Made by a program: the position numbers and the translations under genes
DNA from: Alphaproteobacteria bacterium
Lineage (GTDB): Bacteria; Pseudomonadota; Alphaproteobacteria; Bin95
DNA: 64,000 nt
NCBI GenBank assembly: GCA_964291285.2
Contig: OZ219785.1
Span: 480,001 to 544,000 of the forward strand
Direction: 5' to 3'
Notes under the pieces: model-generated
Databases searched by the model: none
What the model saw: the letters and a program-made list of their open reading frames with translations, nothing else
Told to the model about the DNA's origin: nothing
In this document: piece after piece, positions 30,134-38,904 of the stretch
How positions within the stretch are numbered: the stretch's first letter is position 1
Layout of the letters: the number at the start of each line of letters is the position of its first letter

Positions 30134-30196
30134 AGCACATGAGAAACCCCCGAAAACATCAATGTTTTCAGGGGTCTAAGTGGTTGCGGGGGCAGG
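30134..30196 (+). repeat. Second att-like copy (tRNA-fMet 3' end plus flank), imperfect direct repeat of 23270-23334
   Basis: TGGTTGCGGGGGCAGG (30181-30196) is the reverse complement of CCTGCCCCCGCAACCA; shared upstream AGCACATGA...CGAAAAC.TCAATGTTT. Confidence 0.8.
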
Positions 30197-30474
30197 CAAC
30201 CACCGAGACCGACATTTGATCGAAGTCCTAGTCTGATCCGCCGCAACCCTTTGATCCACAAGAGGTATATATCCTAAATCCGGCAGTTGAGGATGCGGCG
30301 ACGGCGGCGCCTGCGCGACTGCAGGCAGCGGTAAGAGACCGTTTGAGAATGCCTTCAACGGATGACTACAGTCCGATCGAGAAGCCCAAAGTGCTGGAAA
30401 TCGTGGCTTTGGGGATGCAGCGGCGAGAAAAATGGGCAACGCGCCGAACCTCGATTCTATTCTCAAACGGACTG

Positions 30475-33114
30475 TCAGAATTCCATTCGCATATGCGTCG
30501 AGATTGCGCGGTCATCGCTTTCGTCCTCATATTCCAGGCCGAAGGCGAGAGCTGCGTTTTCCCCGAGCGGCATGGCGTAGCCAAGGCTGTAATTCCTGGT
30601 CGCCGGGGCGCTCAGCCGGACTGTCGCCGGCTGCCGTTCCAGCACCTGGGGCTCACCGCGGTAGAACGCATCGGCGAAACCCGCCCCGGTCGCCACGACC
30701 CGGTCGATCCGCGCCTGTCCGCCGCGCACCCGCGTTTTCTGGCGAACGGCAAGCCGGAGCACACCGCCGTCCGCGAATATGTCGCGACCCCGCAGTCCGG
30801 CCGACCACCCCTCCGCCCGAAGCCCCGATATCCCGGACAGCATGCCGCCGGCAACGGAGACGTCTGCGGAATTGCGCTCGTAATCGGCGAAACCCCGCCA
30901 TTTCGCGTCCAGCCGGGCGGAAAGGAACAGCCGGTTCCGCCAGGTCCCGGTCCGGGTCTTTGCAAAAGAACCGAAGTCGGATCCCCAGACATTGCGATGC
31001 TCGTCGATACGCGACAACTCGGCTGCCAGCTCGAAACCCTCGGCCGTGCGCCGCCACTGCAGCCCGTACTGGCTCCAGGGCGCATGCCGGGTCTCATGAC
31101 CGCTGTCCCCGAACGCCGCGAACGGGAGTACGCCCTCCCCCTGCATCTGCGCCGTGAGGGTGCCCCCGGACCGGTCGAAGAACGGGGCTGCGACGGTGTC
31201 CGGCGCGGACCGTTCGCTGCCGCCGCGAACGTCGTAGCGCAGCTGCAGGAGGCCGAATGCGCCCGCAGGTATGCTCAACCCGGCGCCCTCGAGCGCGCCG
31301 GTATTCGGGTCGATTTCGGCCGACGGGCCCATGGTGCTGAGGCGGTAGCCGTTCGCAGGCTCGAGCATGTCCCTGGCAAGATACCCGAGCGGCGGGCGGT
31401 CTTCGGCCTCGGCGCGGACGATATCCGACAGCGCCATGTTGTAGTATGCGTCGCCGACCCCCGCGACGGCCGTTTGTACCCGTTGCAAACGCGGAACCGC
31501 ATGGGTGAAGGCGGAAGACATGGTTGCGCGCATCCGGCTCAGCGGAACGGACCGCGTGGTCGTGACGGTCGAGAACGGCAGCGACACCGTGCCCTGCATC
31601 GCGATCGCGCCTGCAAGGTTCAGGCGTCCCCACCCGTAAACCGGGTCCGGTACCCGCAGATTTTTCTCCCGCTCACCCACCGGGGTCGCCGACCAGAGCA
31701 GCACCGCCTGGACGACGTCCATCGGCATGGAAGGCAACCGGCTCTTGAGCACCGCCAGGGACCCGCTCACCATCGGCGCGGCGAAGGATGTGCCGCCCAT
31801 CCCCGACCCGTCGGCCAGAATGCGGAAATCTCCGCCGGGCGCCGTCAGGCACCAGTTTCTCGCCACGCCGCATCCGTTGGACCACGGGGCGATCCGGCCG
31901 TCCGGCAGCGTCGCCGAGACCGTCAGCCATTTTCCGAGCAGTTCCGGCTCGAACAGGGGAGCGAGTTTCCATCCGCCCGGGTCGTTGTAGTCGACACAGT
32001 TCGCGGCGCCGCAGTCCGTTCCCCACAGTTCCTTGAACGGGACAAGGTCGCCGTTGTCCATCCGCCAGCTGAAGTTCTCCGCGAACTCCGTCATGGAAAT
32101 CCTCAGTTCTCCCATGCGGCAGCCGTCCTCGCTCCGATCGTTCTTCCCGCACAGGCTGATCTCGTTGGCCTCCGCATTCCAGCCATCGTTGCCCCCTGCC
32201 CACACCGCGACGATGTCCTTGCCGGCAAGAGCCCCGGCAAGCCACTCGAACTCGCTCAGCAAGGCGCCGTCGCGTTCCATAGCCGGCCTGAACCATGGTT
32301 TGGGAGGGGTCAACCAGACTCCCGGCCGCCCCTTGTAGGTTCCGAAATAATCTCGGCCTATTCCGATGCTCAGATTGACGACCCGCGCATCGTTTCGGGC
32401 GGCGTATGCGACCGCGTCTTCGGGCCGCCCGCTGTCCGAGGTCTGTATCGGCATGATCGAGGCATCGGGCGCGACGCCATGCATGTTCTTCGTCGCCTTC
32501 CTGCCGGGGCTTCCGTTGCTTTGCCGGTAGGTGACCTCGAAAGGCCCCAGGCTGTTCCCTCTGGTTCCGGCCGCGATCATCGCCACATAGGTGCCGTGGA
32601 CGTTCTCGTCGGACTCTGAGACCCGATTGTCCGCATTCCGCAGATGTACCGGCGACACCGCACGGTCCGCCAGGTCGGGATGGGTGAGGTCGAAGCCGTG
32701 GTCGGCCACCGCAAGCCTGACGCCCGCGCCGAAATAGCCGCGCCGATACGCCTCCTCCGCGCCGATGTCGTCCAGTCCCCAGTTCACCAGATATTCGGCC
32801 GTCCGGTAATTCCGGTTGTCGCGCGCGTTGGGGGTGCCGAGGTCGTGGCCCCGGAATTGAAGCGCGACGGGATTTGCCGAGCCGGGCGCCCGGGGTCCAG
32901 GCGGGACGTTGCCCGGGGCCCCTCCGGGAGGGGGGCCGGCCGGGGAAAAGGAGCTGCCGCCACCGCCACAGCCCGCCGCCAGCAGGGTGCAAGACAAGGC
33001 GGCGAGCGACAGGACCAGCCCGAAGCGGCGTTGGACCTCGGCTGTTGCGCCCCTGCCCGGGTCCACGCCAGCCGGATTTCCTGCTGCAACATGGCGCCTC
33101 AAGGGAATGAACAT
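30475..33114 (-). CDS. S8 subtilisin-like serine protease with lipobox-like signal and probable C-terminal beta-barrel
   Basis: VADHG (Asp), HGTYVA (His), GGNDG (oxyanion Asn), GTSFAAP (Ser), YGWGRLN; LAAGC-GGGG; ends MRMEF; start uncertain. Confidence 0.85.
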   Translation of the reverse strand: MFIPLRRHVAAGNPAGVDPGRGATAEVQRRFGLVLSLAALSCTLLAAGCGGGGSSFSPAGPPPGGAPGNVPPGPRAPGSANPVALQFRGHDLGTPNARDNRNYRTAEYLVNWGLDDIGAEEAYRRGYFGAGVRLAVADHGFDLTHPDLADRAVSPVHLRNADNRVSESDENVHGTYVAMIAAGTRGNSLGPFEVTYRQSNGSPGRKATKNMHGVAPDASIMPIQTSDSGRPEDAVAYAARNDARVVNLSIGIGRDYFGTYKGRPGVWLTPPKPWFRPAMERDGALLSEFEWLAGALAGKDIVAVWAGGNDGWNAEANEISLCGKNDRSEDGCRMGELRISMTEFAENFSWRMDNGDLVPFKELWGTDCGAANCVDYNDPGGWKLAPLFEPELLGKWLTVSATLPDGRIAPWSNGCGVARNWCLTAPGGDFRILADGSGMGGTSFAAPMVSGSLAVLKSRLPSMPMDVVQAVLLWSATPVGEREKNLRVPDPVYGWGRLNLAGAIAMQGTVSLPFSTVTTTRSVPLSRMRATMSSAFTHAVPRLQRVQTAVAGVGDAYYNMALSDIVRAEAEDRPPLGYLARDMLEPANGYRLSTMGPSAEIDPNTGALEGAGLSIPAGAFGLLQLRYDVRGGSERSAPDTVAAPFFDRSGGTLTAQMQGEGVLPFAAFGDSGHETRHAPWSQYGLQWRRTAEGFELAAELSRIDEHRNVWGSDFGSFAKTRTGTWRNRLFLSARLDAKWRGFADYERNSADVSVAGGMLSGISGLRAEGWSAGLRGRDIFADGGVLRLAVRQKTRVRGGQARIDRVVATGAGFADAFYRGEPQVLERQPATVRLSAPATRNYSLGYAMPLGENAALAFGLEYEDESDDRAISTHMRMEF

Positions 33115-33312
33115 GCTCTCGCTCCCATGCCGTGCCGGCAGCCCTGACATGACCGTGACATCGAGTGGTGCAACCGTCTGCCTTTCGGGAAAGAATGCAC
33201 CCCGAGGGGGAGGAACGGAACCCCCCAGGGCGAATTAATTGTCTGCCTTTGGGCCATGTTGAGGTGGGGTCCGGGGTGGCTATTTTTTTCTTGATATGGC
33301 AGTGTGCCGGTC

Positions 33313-35100
33313 ATGGCGAGGTTTCTGTTTGCGGGTGTTTGGGTTGATCTTCGCGCGGTCACGGTGCGCCCGACCTGGGGGGCACGGGAGCACCGGCGCT
33401 GGGACGATTTGGTAGCGGCGCACCACTATCTGCGGTTCCACGGCATCATCGGCAAGGGTCTGCGCCATGTCGCGGTTCATGGCGAGGCCTGGCTTGCCCT
33501 GGTTGGCTGGCAGCCTGGAGCGTTCAAGGTGGGAGCGCGGGACCGCTGGATCGGGTGGTCGGCGGAGCAGCAGTTCCGTCGCCTGCATCTGGTTGCCAAC
33601 AACTCGCGCTTTGTCATCCTGACGCCTGAGCGGGTTCCCAACCTTGCCTCGCGGGTGCTGGGGCTGAGCGTGCGGCGGCTGTCGCAGGACCTGCGGGCGG
33701 CGCATGGCTATCCGGCTGTTGTGGCGGAGACGTTTGTGGACGTCTCGCGCTTCGCCGGCACCTGCTACCGCGCGGCCAACTGGCGCTCTTTGGGTCTGAC
33801 GCGCGGCTTTGCCCGCGAGCCCGGAGGGGTGGCGCGCTGGCGTCACCACGGCCAGCCCAAGGAGGTCTTCGTGTTCGAACTGACACACGGCGCCCCCGAG
33901 GCGCTGAGCCATCCCGAGATACCGGCAGACTGGAACGCTGAGCAGCACACCGAGCCGATGGCGGCGCCCCGGCTGCGCAGCCTGTTCGAGTGTTTGGGCG
34001 AGGTGCCCGAATACCGCCATGCCCGGGGCAAGCGCTATGCGCTCACCACCATTCTGACGCTGGCCGTTGCCGCCCGGCTTGCCGGATACCGGGGTGTGAA
34101 CGCCTTCGCCCAGTTCGCCGCCCTGCTCTCCCAGAAGCAACTCAAGGCGGTGGGCGCCTTCTGGAGCCCATCCAGGCAGTGCTACACGCCGCCGGCGGTC
34201 ACCACCTTCCACAACATCCTCGCCGCCCTGCCGCCACAGACCCTGGACAATGCCATCGGCCAGTGGGCCGGACAGCACAGCAGTGCGCACGCGCCTGTGG
34301 CCATGGACGGAAAGGATTTGCGCGGTGCCTCGAAGCAGAGCGAAGACCGGCGCAGGAGGATGGTCGCTGCGGTGGCGCATGACACCGGCGTGGTCCTCGG
34401 GCAGGTCGAAGTCAGCTCCAAAAGCAACGAAATCCCGGCCGTGCGCGAACTCTCCAGCGGTCTCGACCTCACAGGCCGGATCGTCACCATCGATGCGATG
34501 CACGCCCAGCACGAGACCGCGCGTTGCCTGCTCGAACGCCGTGCCGACTACGTGGTCAGCGCGGTGAAGGGCAACCAGCAGACCATCCTCGAAGACCTCA
34601 AGGCGATCGACTTCAGCGATGCGCCCTGGCACGAAACCGTCGACAAGGGCCATGGTCGCATTGAGCGCCGACGCTGCGCCGTCGTCGACCTCTGCGCTGC
34701 CGAGTGGGACGGCTACGCCCACCTTCACGGGCGCCGCCAGGCAATGCGCATGGAACGCGAGCGCAAGATGCTCAAAACCGGCAAGCGCAGCATCGAGGTC
34801 ACCTGGAGCCTGACGTCGCTTGGCGCAGAGCGAGCCGGCCCCAAGGAGCTTCTCGATCTGGTGCGCAACCACTGGCACATTGAGAACCGTGTGCACTATG
34901 TGCGTGACTTCACCTATGACGAAGACCGTTGCCGGGCATATGTGCGCCACCTGCCCGGAAATCTGGCCTGCTTGAGCAACGCGGCCATCGCTATCGTGCG
35001 CTGCGACGGACGCTTCCGATATGTACCCGAGGCCAACCGGCACTACGCCGCCCGCGCCCAAGAGGCCCTCGACGCGATTATGATCGCGCCCAGAGGCTGA
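33313..35100 (+). CDS. ISAs1 DDE transposase with N-terminal DUF4338-like domain
   Basis: N-terminus HHYL, RDRWIGW, NNSRFVIL, NLASRVL, ETFVD...GTCYRAANW; C-terminus AMDGK, KSNEIPA, TIDAMH, VKGNQ, RNHWHIENRVHYVRD. Confidence 0.9.
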   Translation: MARFLFAGVWVDLRAVTVRPTWGAREHRRWDDLVAAHHYLRFHGIIGKGLRHVAVHGEAWLALVGWQPGAFKVGARDRWIGWSAEQQFRRLHLVANNSRFVILTPERVPNLASRVLGLSVRRLSQDLRAAHGYPAVVAETFVDVSRFAGTCYRAANWRSLGLTRGFAREPGGVARWRHHGQPKEVFVFELTHGAPEALSHPEIPADWNAEQHTEPMAAPRLRSLFECLGEVPEYRHARGKRYALTTILTLAVAARLAGYRGVNAFAQFAALLSQKQLKAVGAFWSPSRQCYTPPAVTTFHNILAALPPQTLDNAIGQWAGQHSSAHAPVAMDGKDLRGASKQSEDRRRRMVAAVAHDTGVVLGQVEVSSKSNEIPAVRELSSGLDLTGRIVTIDAMHAQHETARCLLERRADYVVSAVKGNQQTILEDLKAIDFSDAPWHETVDKGHGRIERRRCAVVDLCAAEWDGYAHLHGRRQAMRMERERKMLKTGKRSIEVTWSLTSLGAERAGPKELLDLVRNHWHIENRVHYVRDFTYDEDRCRAYVRHLPGNLACLSNAAIAIVRCDGRFRYVPEANRHYAARAQEALDAIMIAPRG

Positions 35101-35237
35101 TACCCCACCCCCCACCGCAATACAGGCTCGGGCCGAAGAACGGCGCAGCAAAACAACTGCGCCCGTCGAGGACGAAAACACTGGACCGCGGCATCAAGAA
35201 ACCACCATGACGGCGGCCAGAAACGTCTGGGGTTCCC

Positions 35238-35649
35238 CAAAACCTTCATTGTCGGGCGGGTCGGCCACCCCGTATCATGAAAACAGGTGCCGGCCGCGCG
35301 GGCGGGACTTCGGGCTTTTACGGGGTTGCCTACCGGTCAGGGTCCGCAAGACGGGCGCCGCAGATGGCGAGTATCGGACGCCTCGGGAGCAGTGCTTTGG
35401 CGGGGAGGTTTTTTTTGCGCCCGATCCCCAACAATTTTCACGGCAAAACCTTCATTGTCGGGCGGGTCGGCCACCCCGTATCATGAAAACAGGTGCCGGC
35501 CGCGCGGGCGGGACTTCGGGCTTTTACGGGGTTGCCTACCGGTCAGGGTCCGCAAGACGGGCGCCGCAGATGGCGAGTATCGGACGCCTCGGGAGCAGTG
35601 CTTTGGCGGGGAGGTTTTTTTTGCGCCCGATCCCCAACAATTTTCACGG
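35238..35649. repeat. 206-bp tandem duplication (two copies)
   Basis: 35238-35443 and 35444-35649 read identically; ORFs at 35287 and 35493 share identical starts. Confidence 0.92.
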
Positions 35650-35726
35650 CAAACACCGGCAGCCAGACCGACATCACTCAGACAAAGCCCGCGGTTCGAC
35701 TAAAAATTTTCCCTGGCGGCAGGGGC

Positions 35727-35770
35727 TTGCGCGAAGAATTTTGTTTAGCTAAATAGAGTGGACTAAATAG
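35727..35770 (+). promoter_or_regulatory. Toxin-antitoxin promoter/operator
   Basis: TTGCGC -35-like box, TTTAGCTAAA palindrome and repeated CTAAATAG upstream of the antitoxin. Confidence 0.45.
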
Positions 35771-35785
35771 CGGGAAGGCTGTTCC

Positions 35786-36025
35786 ATGCTCACCGTCAAC
35801 ATGCACGAAGCCAAGACGCATCTGTCGCGCCTCGTCAAGGCCGCCGCTGAAGGCGAACCCTTCATCATTGCGCGCGCGGGCAAGCCGGTGGTCAAGGTCG
35901 TCGCTCTGGACGCGCCGGAACCGGGCTCCCGGATCGGGTTCATGGCCGGTGAGATATCCGTGCCCGACGACTTCGACAGCATGGGCGCCAGCGAGATCGA
36001 GTCCATGTTCCAGGACGATGCGTGA
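35786..36025 (+). CDS. Phd/YefM-family antitoxin
   Basis: VNMHEAKTHLSRLV...IIARAGKPV. Confidence 0.9.
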   Translation: MLTVNMHEAKTHLSRLVKAAAEGEPFIIARAGKPVVKVVALDAPEPGSRIGFMAGEISVPDDFDSMGASEIESMFQDDA

Positions 36026-36408
36026 AATATCTTCTAGATACGCATCTGCTCCTCTGGGCGGCAACCGGGTCGGCGCGGTTGCCGGCGGAGGCGCGCAGGA
36101 TTATCGATCTCCCGGAGACCGAACCGGCCGTCAGCGCCGCTTCGCTCTGGGAAATAGCGATAAAAAGCGGGCTGGGGCGAACCGATTTCCACATCGATCT
36201 GCGCTTGCTTCGGCGCAGGTTGTCGGTTCACGGCTACACCGAATTGCGGGTAACCGGAGCCCATGCGGCGGAGATATGTCTTTTGCCGCCGATTCATCGC
36301 GATCCCTTCGACCGCATGCTGGTTGCGCAAGCCCGGGTTGAAGGTATCACGCTCCTGACGGCCGACAGCATCGTCGCGCGCTATCCGGGTCCCATCCGCG
36401 CGCTATGA
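36022..36408 (+). CDS. vapC: VapC PIN-domain toxin
   Basis: LLDTHLLLW, SAASLWEIAIK, HRDPFDRMLVAQA, LLTAD; GTGA overlap. Confidence 0.9.
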   Translation: MKYLLDTHLLLWAATGSARLPAEARRIIDLPETEPAVSAASLWEIAIKSGLGRTDFHIDLRLLRRRLSVHGYTELRVTGAHAAEICLLPPIHRDPFDRMLVAQARVEGITLLTADSIVARYPGPIRAL

Positions 36409-36437
36409 TGGCCGCGAACGCCGCCGGAGGTCCCGCG

Positions 36438-37559
36438 ATGAGCATCCGCCCGCCCGAAGACGCAGACCGCGCCGCGCTTGCCGGCCGGGTCTGGCGGGAC
36501 GATGCCGGGGGGCCGTCCGTCGTCGCGCTGAGGGACGGTGCGCTGGTCGATGTGACCCGGAGCTTCCCGACGATGACCGACCTCTTGTCGGCCGACGACC
36601 CGGCGGCGGCGCTGCGTGCGGCGCCCGGCGAGGCGCTGGGGCCGCTCGGGGCGCGGGACTCGCTGCTGGCGCCGGTCGATCTCCAGGCGGTCAAGGCCTG
36701 CGGCGTCACCTTCGCGGCCAGCATGCTGGAGCGGGTGATCGAGGAGCAGGCGCGCGGCGACCCGGCCGCGGCGGAGGGCGTCAGGACCATGCTCGCGAAG
36801 GAGATCGGCGCGGATTTGGCGGGCATCGCGCCCGGCTCGGCGGAGGCGGCGCGGCTCAAGCAGGCGCTGGTCGCGCGCGGGCTCTGGTCGGCCTATCTGG
36901 AGGTCGGCATCGGGCCGGACGCCGAGGTCTTCACCAAGGCGCAGCCCATGTCGGCGGTCGGTCCCGGCATGGAGATCGGCATCCGCTCCGACTCGGTCTG
37001 GAACAATCCCGAGCCGGAACTGGTGCTGGTCATCGCGCCCTCGGGCCGGATCGTCGGCGCGACGCTCGGCAACGACGTGAACCTCCGCGACATCGAGGGC
37101 CGCAGCGCCCTGCTGCTGGGGCAGGCGAAGGACAACAACGCCTCGACCGCGCTCGGCCCCTTCATTCGCTTCACGGACGACGGTTTCGGCCTGGACGACA
37201 TGCGCAGTGCGGAGATCGCGCTGCATGTGGCGGGCCGGGACGGCTTCGTGCTGGAGGGCAGAAGCTCGATGGCGGAGATCAGCCGCGACATCGAGGACCT
37301 GGCGGCCCAGACCATCGGCGCCGCGCACGACTATCCGGACGGCCTCGCGCTCTTCACTGGCACCCTGTTCGCGCCCGTCCAGGACCGCGACGCGCCGGGC
37401 CAGGGCTTCACCCACAAGCCGGGCGACCTTGTGACGATCTCAAGCCCCCGCCTCGGCGCGCTCGCCAACCGCGTCACCACCAGCGAAAACGCCCCCCGCT
37501 GGACCTTCGGCGCCCGCGCGCTGATGGCGAACCTGGCGCGCCGGGGGCTGCTGGGGTGA
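36438..37559 (+). CDS. Fumarylacetoacetate-hydrolase family protein (2-keto-3-deoxy-pentonate dehydratase-like)
   Basis: KACGVTF, AEVFTKA, WNNPEPE, LGNDVNLRDIEGRSALLL, FTGT; GGAGG RBS. Confidence 0.82.
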   Translation: MSIRPPEDADRAALAGRVWRDDAGGPSVVALRDGALVDVTRSFPTMTDLLSADDPAAALRAAPGEALGPLGARDSLLAPVDLQAVKACGVTFAASMLERVIEEQARGDPAAAEGVRTMLAKEIGADLAGIAPGSAEAARLKQALVARGLWSAYLEVGIGPDAEVFTKAQPMSAVGPGMEIGIRSDSVWNNPEPELVLVIAPSGRIVGATLGNDVNLRDIEGRSALLLGQAKDNNASTALGPFIRFTDDGFGLDDMRSAEIALHVAGRDGFVLEGRSSMAEISRDIEDLAAQTIGAAHDYPDGLALFTGTLFAPVQDRDAPGQGFTHKPGDLVTISSPRLGALANRVTTSENAPRWTFGARALMANLARRGLLG

Positions 37560-37604
37560 CGGAGCGGTCGGGCCGGCGCAAGCATCCTTTGTATCGTTGC
37601 GTCA

Positions 37605-37652
37605 GACCGGGATGACGGACCTGCCAATGTGGAACTGACGGATTACCATTGA
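37605..37652 (+). pseudogene. 3' remnant of a HigB/RelE-family toxin gene
   Basis: Translates ...DDGPANVELTDYH-stop (HigB C-terminal xVExxDYH); TGA overlaps higA ATG; 5' part missing. Confidence 0.6.
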
Positions 37653-37951
37653 TGATCGGACCCATTCATCCCGGGGTGACGCTCCGCGAAGACTTCATGG
37701 AGCCGCACGGGCTGAGCGCCGCCGGGCTGGCTGAGGCGCTGGGCGTTTCCCGGAACCGGATCGCGGGTATTTTGCGCGGGCGGTGCGGCATCACCGCCGA
37801 TACGGCGCTTCGGCTGGAAACCGCATTCGGCGTGTCGGCCGCGTTCTGGCTGAATCTGCAATCTCACTACGAGTTGGAACTGGCGAGCCGAATAGCAGGT
37901 CCGGCGATTGACGAGACCGTAAAAAGGTTCCCCTCGCCGGCCGCGGCCTGA
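37652..37951 (+). CDS. higA: HigA-family antitoxin (HTH-XRE)
   Basis: PIHPGVTLREDF, ITADTALRL, FWLNLQSHYEL. Confidence 0.9.
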   Translation: MIGPIHPGVTLREDFMEPHGLSAAGLAEALGVSRNRIAGILRGRCGITADTALRLETAFGVSAAFWLNLQSHYELELASRIAGPAIDETVKRFPSPAAA

Positions 37952-38299
37952 TTGGCAGGACGGTGGACCGGATAGGGGAGCCGGGCCGTTCGCGGGCCGG
38001 CAGAGTTGGAACAATCTGTTTGTTCGAAATTTATTTCTAATATTTCCTAAAAATACTTGACTTATGGAAAGGCCATGGCCATATTGAGCCGGACGGGCGG
38101 CCATCCGGAGGCCGCCTCGCCGTTCGCGCCGGCGCCGGCGCGAAAAAAAACCCGAGAAACGGACGGGAAAGGTGCGCCCTGATTTCGGGGTCGCGCGCGC
38201 GGGCAATCAGGCGCGCGAACCGCGCCGGCGGCGACGCGCGCGGACAGGCGGGCGCGATACGCGCGAAACAGGGTCCCACCGCACCGGGCGAGCCGGCGG

Positions 38300-38450
38300 C
38301 GGGAGGAACGGAACGGAGCGGAACGGAACGCGATGGAGGAACGGCATGCGAGATACGGACAGGTAGCAACGGCACCGGAGGCGCGGCTGACCATGACAAA
38401 ACATGACATTTCCGGAGGGCCTCATGACAAAACATGACATTCCATGACAT
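38300..38450. repeat. Short-repeat array: GGAAC/GGAGC tandem repeats and five CATGACA boxes
   Basis: CATGACA at 38392, 38402, 38423, 38433, 38443; GGAACGGAACGGAGCGGAACGGAAC near 38304-38330. Confidence 0.8.
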
Positions 38451-38478
38451 GCCGGGGGTCCCTGGCGTGCCGCGCCGG

Positions 38479-38898
38479 CTATTCCCCGTCCGCCCGTCCG
38501 GTCACCGTCGCATGGCGGGGCAGGTCGTCGGCGATTTCGAGCCAGCCTATCCGTTCCTCGTAGAAGACGTGGAAGGCGGGCGGCAGGGACTGCGGGTCGT
38601 CGAGGGTGCTGATGTAGAAGTGGGTCTCGCCGGGGAAGCGGTCCGACTCGTAGGTGAGCGGGGTGCCGCAGGCCGCGCAGAAGCCGCGCTCCACGCCGGG
38701 CGAGGAGGCGAACAGGGCGCGTTCGCCCCTGGTGAATGTCACCGACTTCGTGGCGGCGCCGACGAACATGGTGACCGGGGCGCCGGTGCTGCGCCGGCAG
38801 GTCGCGCAGTGGCAATAGCCGGTCCAGAGCGGCGCGGCATCGATACGGTAGCGCACCCTGCCGCAGAGGCAGCCGCCTTCGAGGGGCAGGTCTGCCAT
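38479..38898 (-). CDS. GFA / CENP-V family Zn protein
   Basis: GGCLCG, CHCATCRR, RGFCAACGT. Confidence 0.88.
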   Translation of the reverse strand: MADLPLEGGCLCGRVRYRIDAAPLWTGYCHCATCRRSTGAPVTMFVGAATKSVTFTRGERALFASSPGVERGFCAACGTPLTYESDRFPGETHFYISTLDDPQSLPPAFHVFYEERIGWLEIADDLPRHATVTGRADGE

Positions 38899-38904
38899 CG
38901 CCGC

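Larger units (their letters stand above)
33226..35715 (+). mobile_element. ISAs1-family insertion sequence
   Basis: Terminal inverted repeats CAGGGCGAATTAATTGTC and (reverse complement) CAGGGAAAATTTTTAGTC, 13/18 match, around the transposase; no target duplication seen. Confidence 0.7.

Noticed and set aside
29300-30470. Short ORFs in the intergenic stretch between LuxR and the S8 protease
   Set aside because: No motifs, atypical composition and mutually overlapping frames; treated as non-coding or decayed island DNA.
33313-33950. Druantia anti-phage system
   Set aside because: The DUF4338-like domain is fused to a transposase, and no DruE-type helicase or other dru genes are in the window.
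35238-38450. CRISPR array
   Set aside because: The repeats are either a 206-bp duplication or 5-7-bp boxes; there is no repeat-spacer periodicity and no cas gene.
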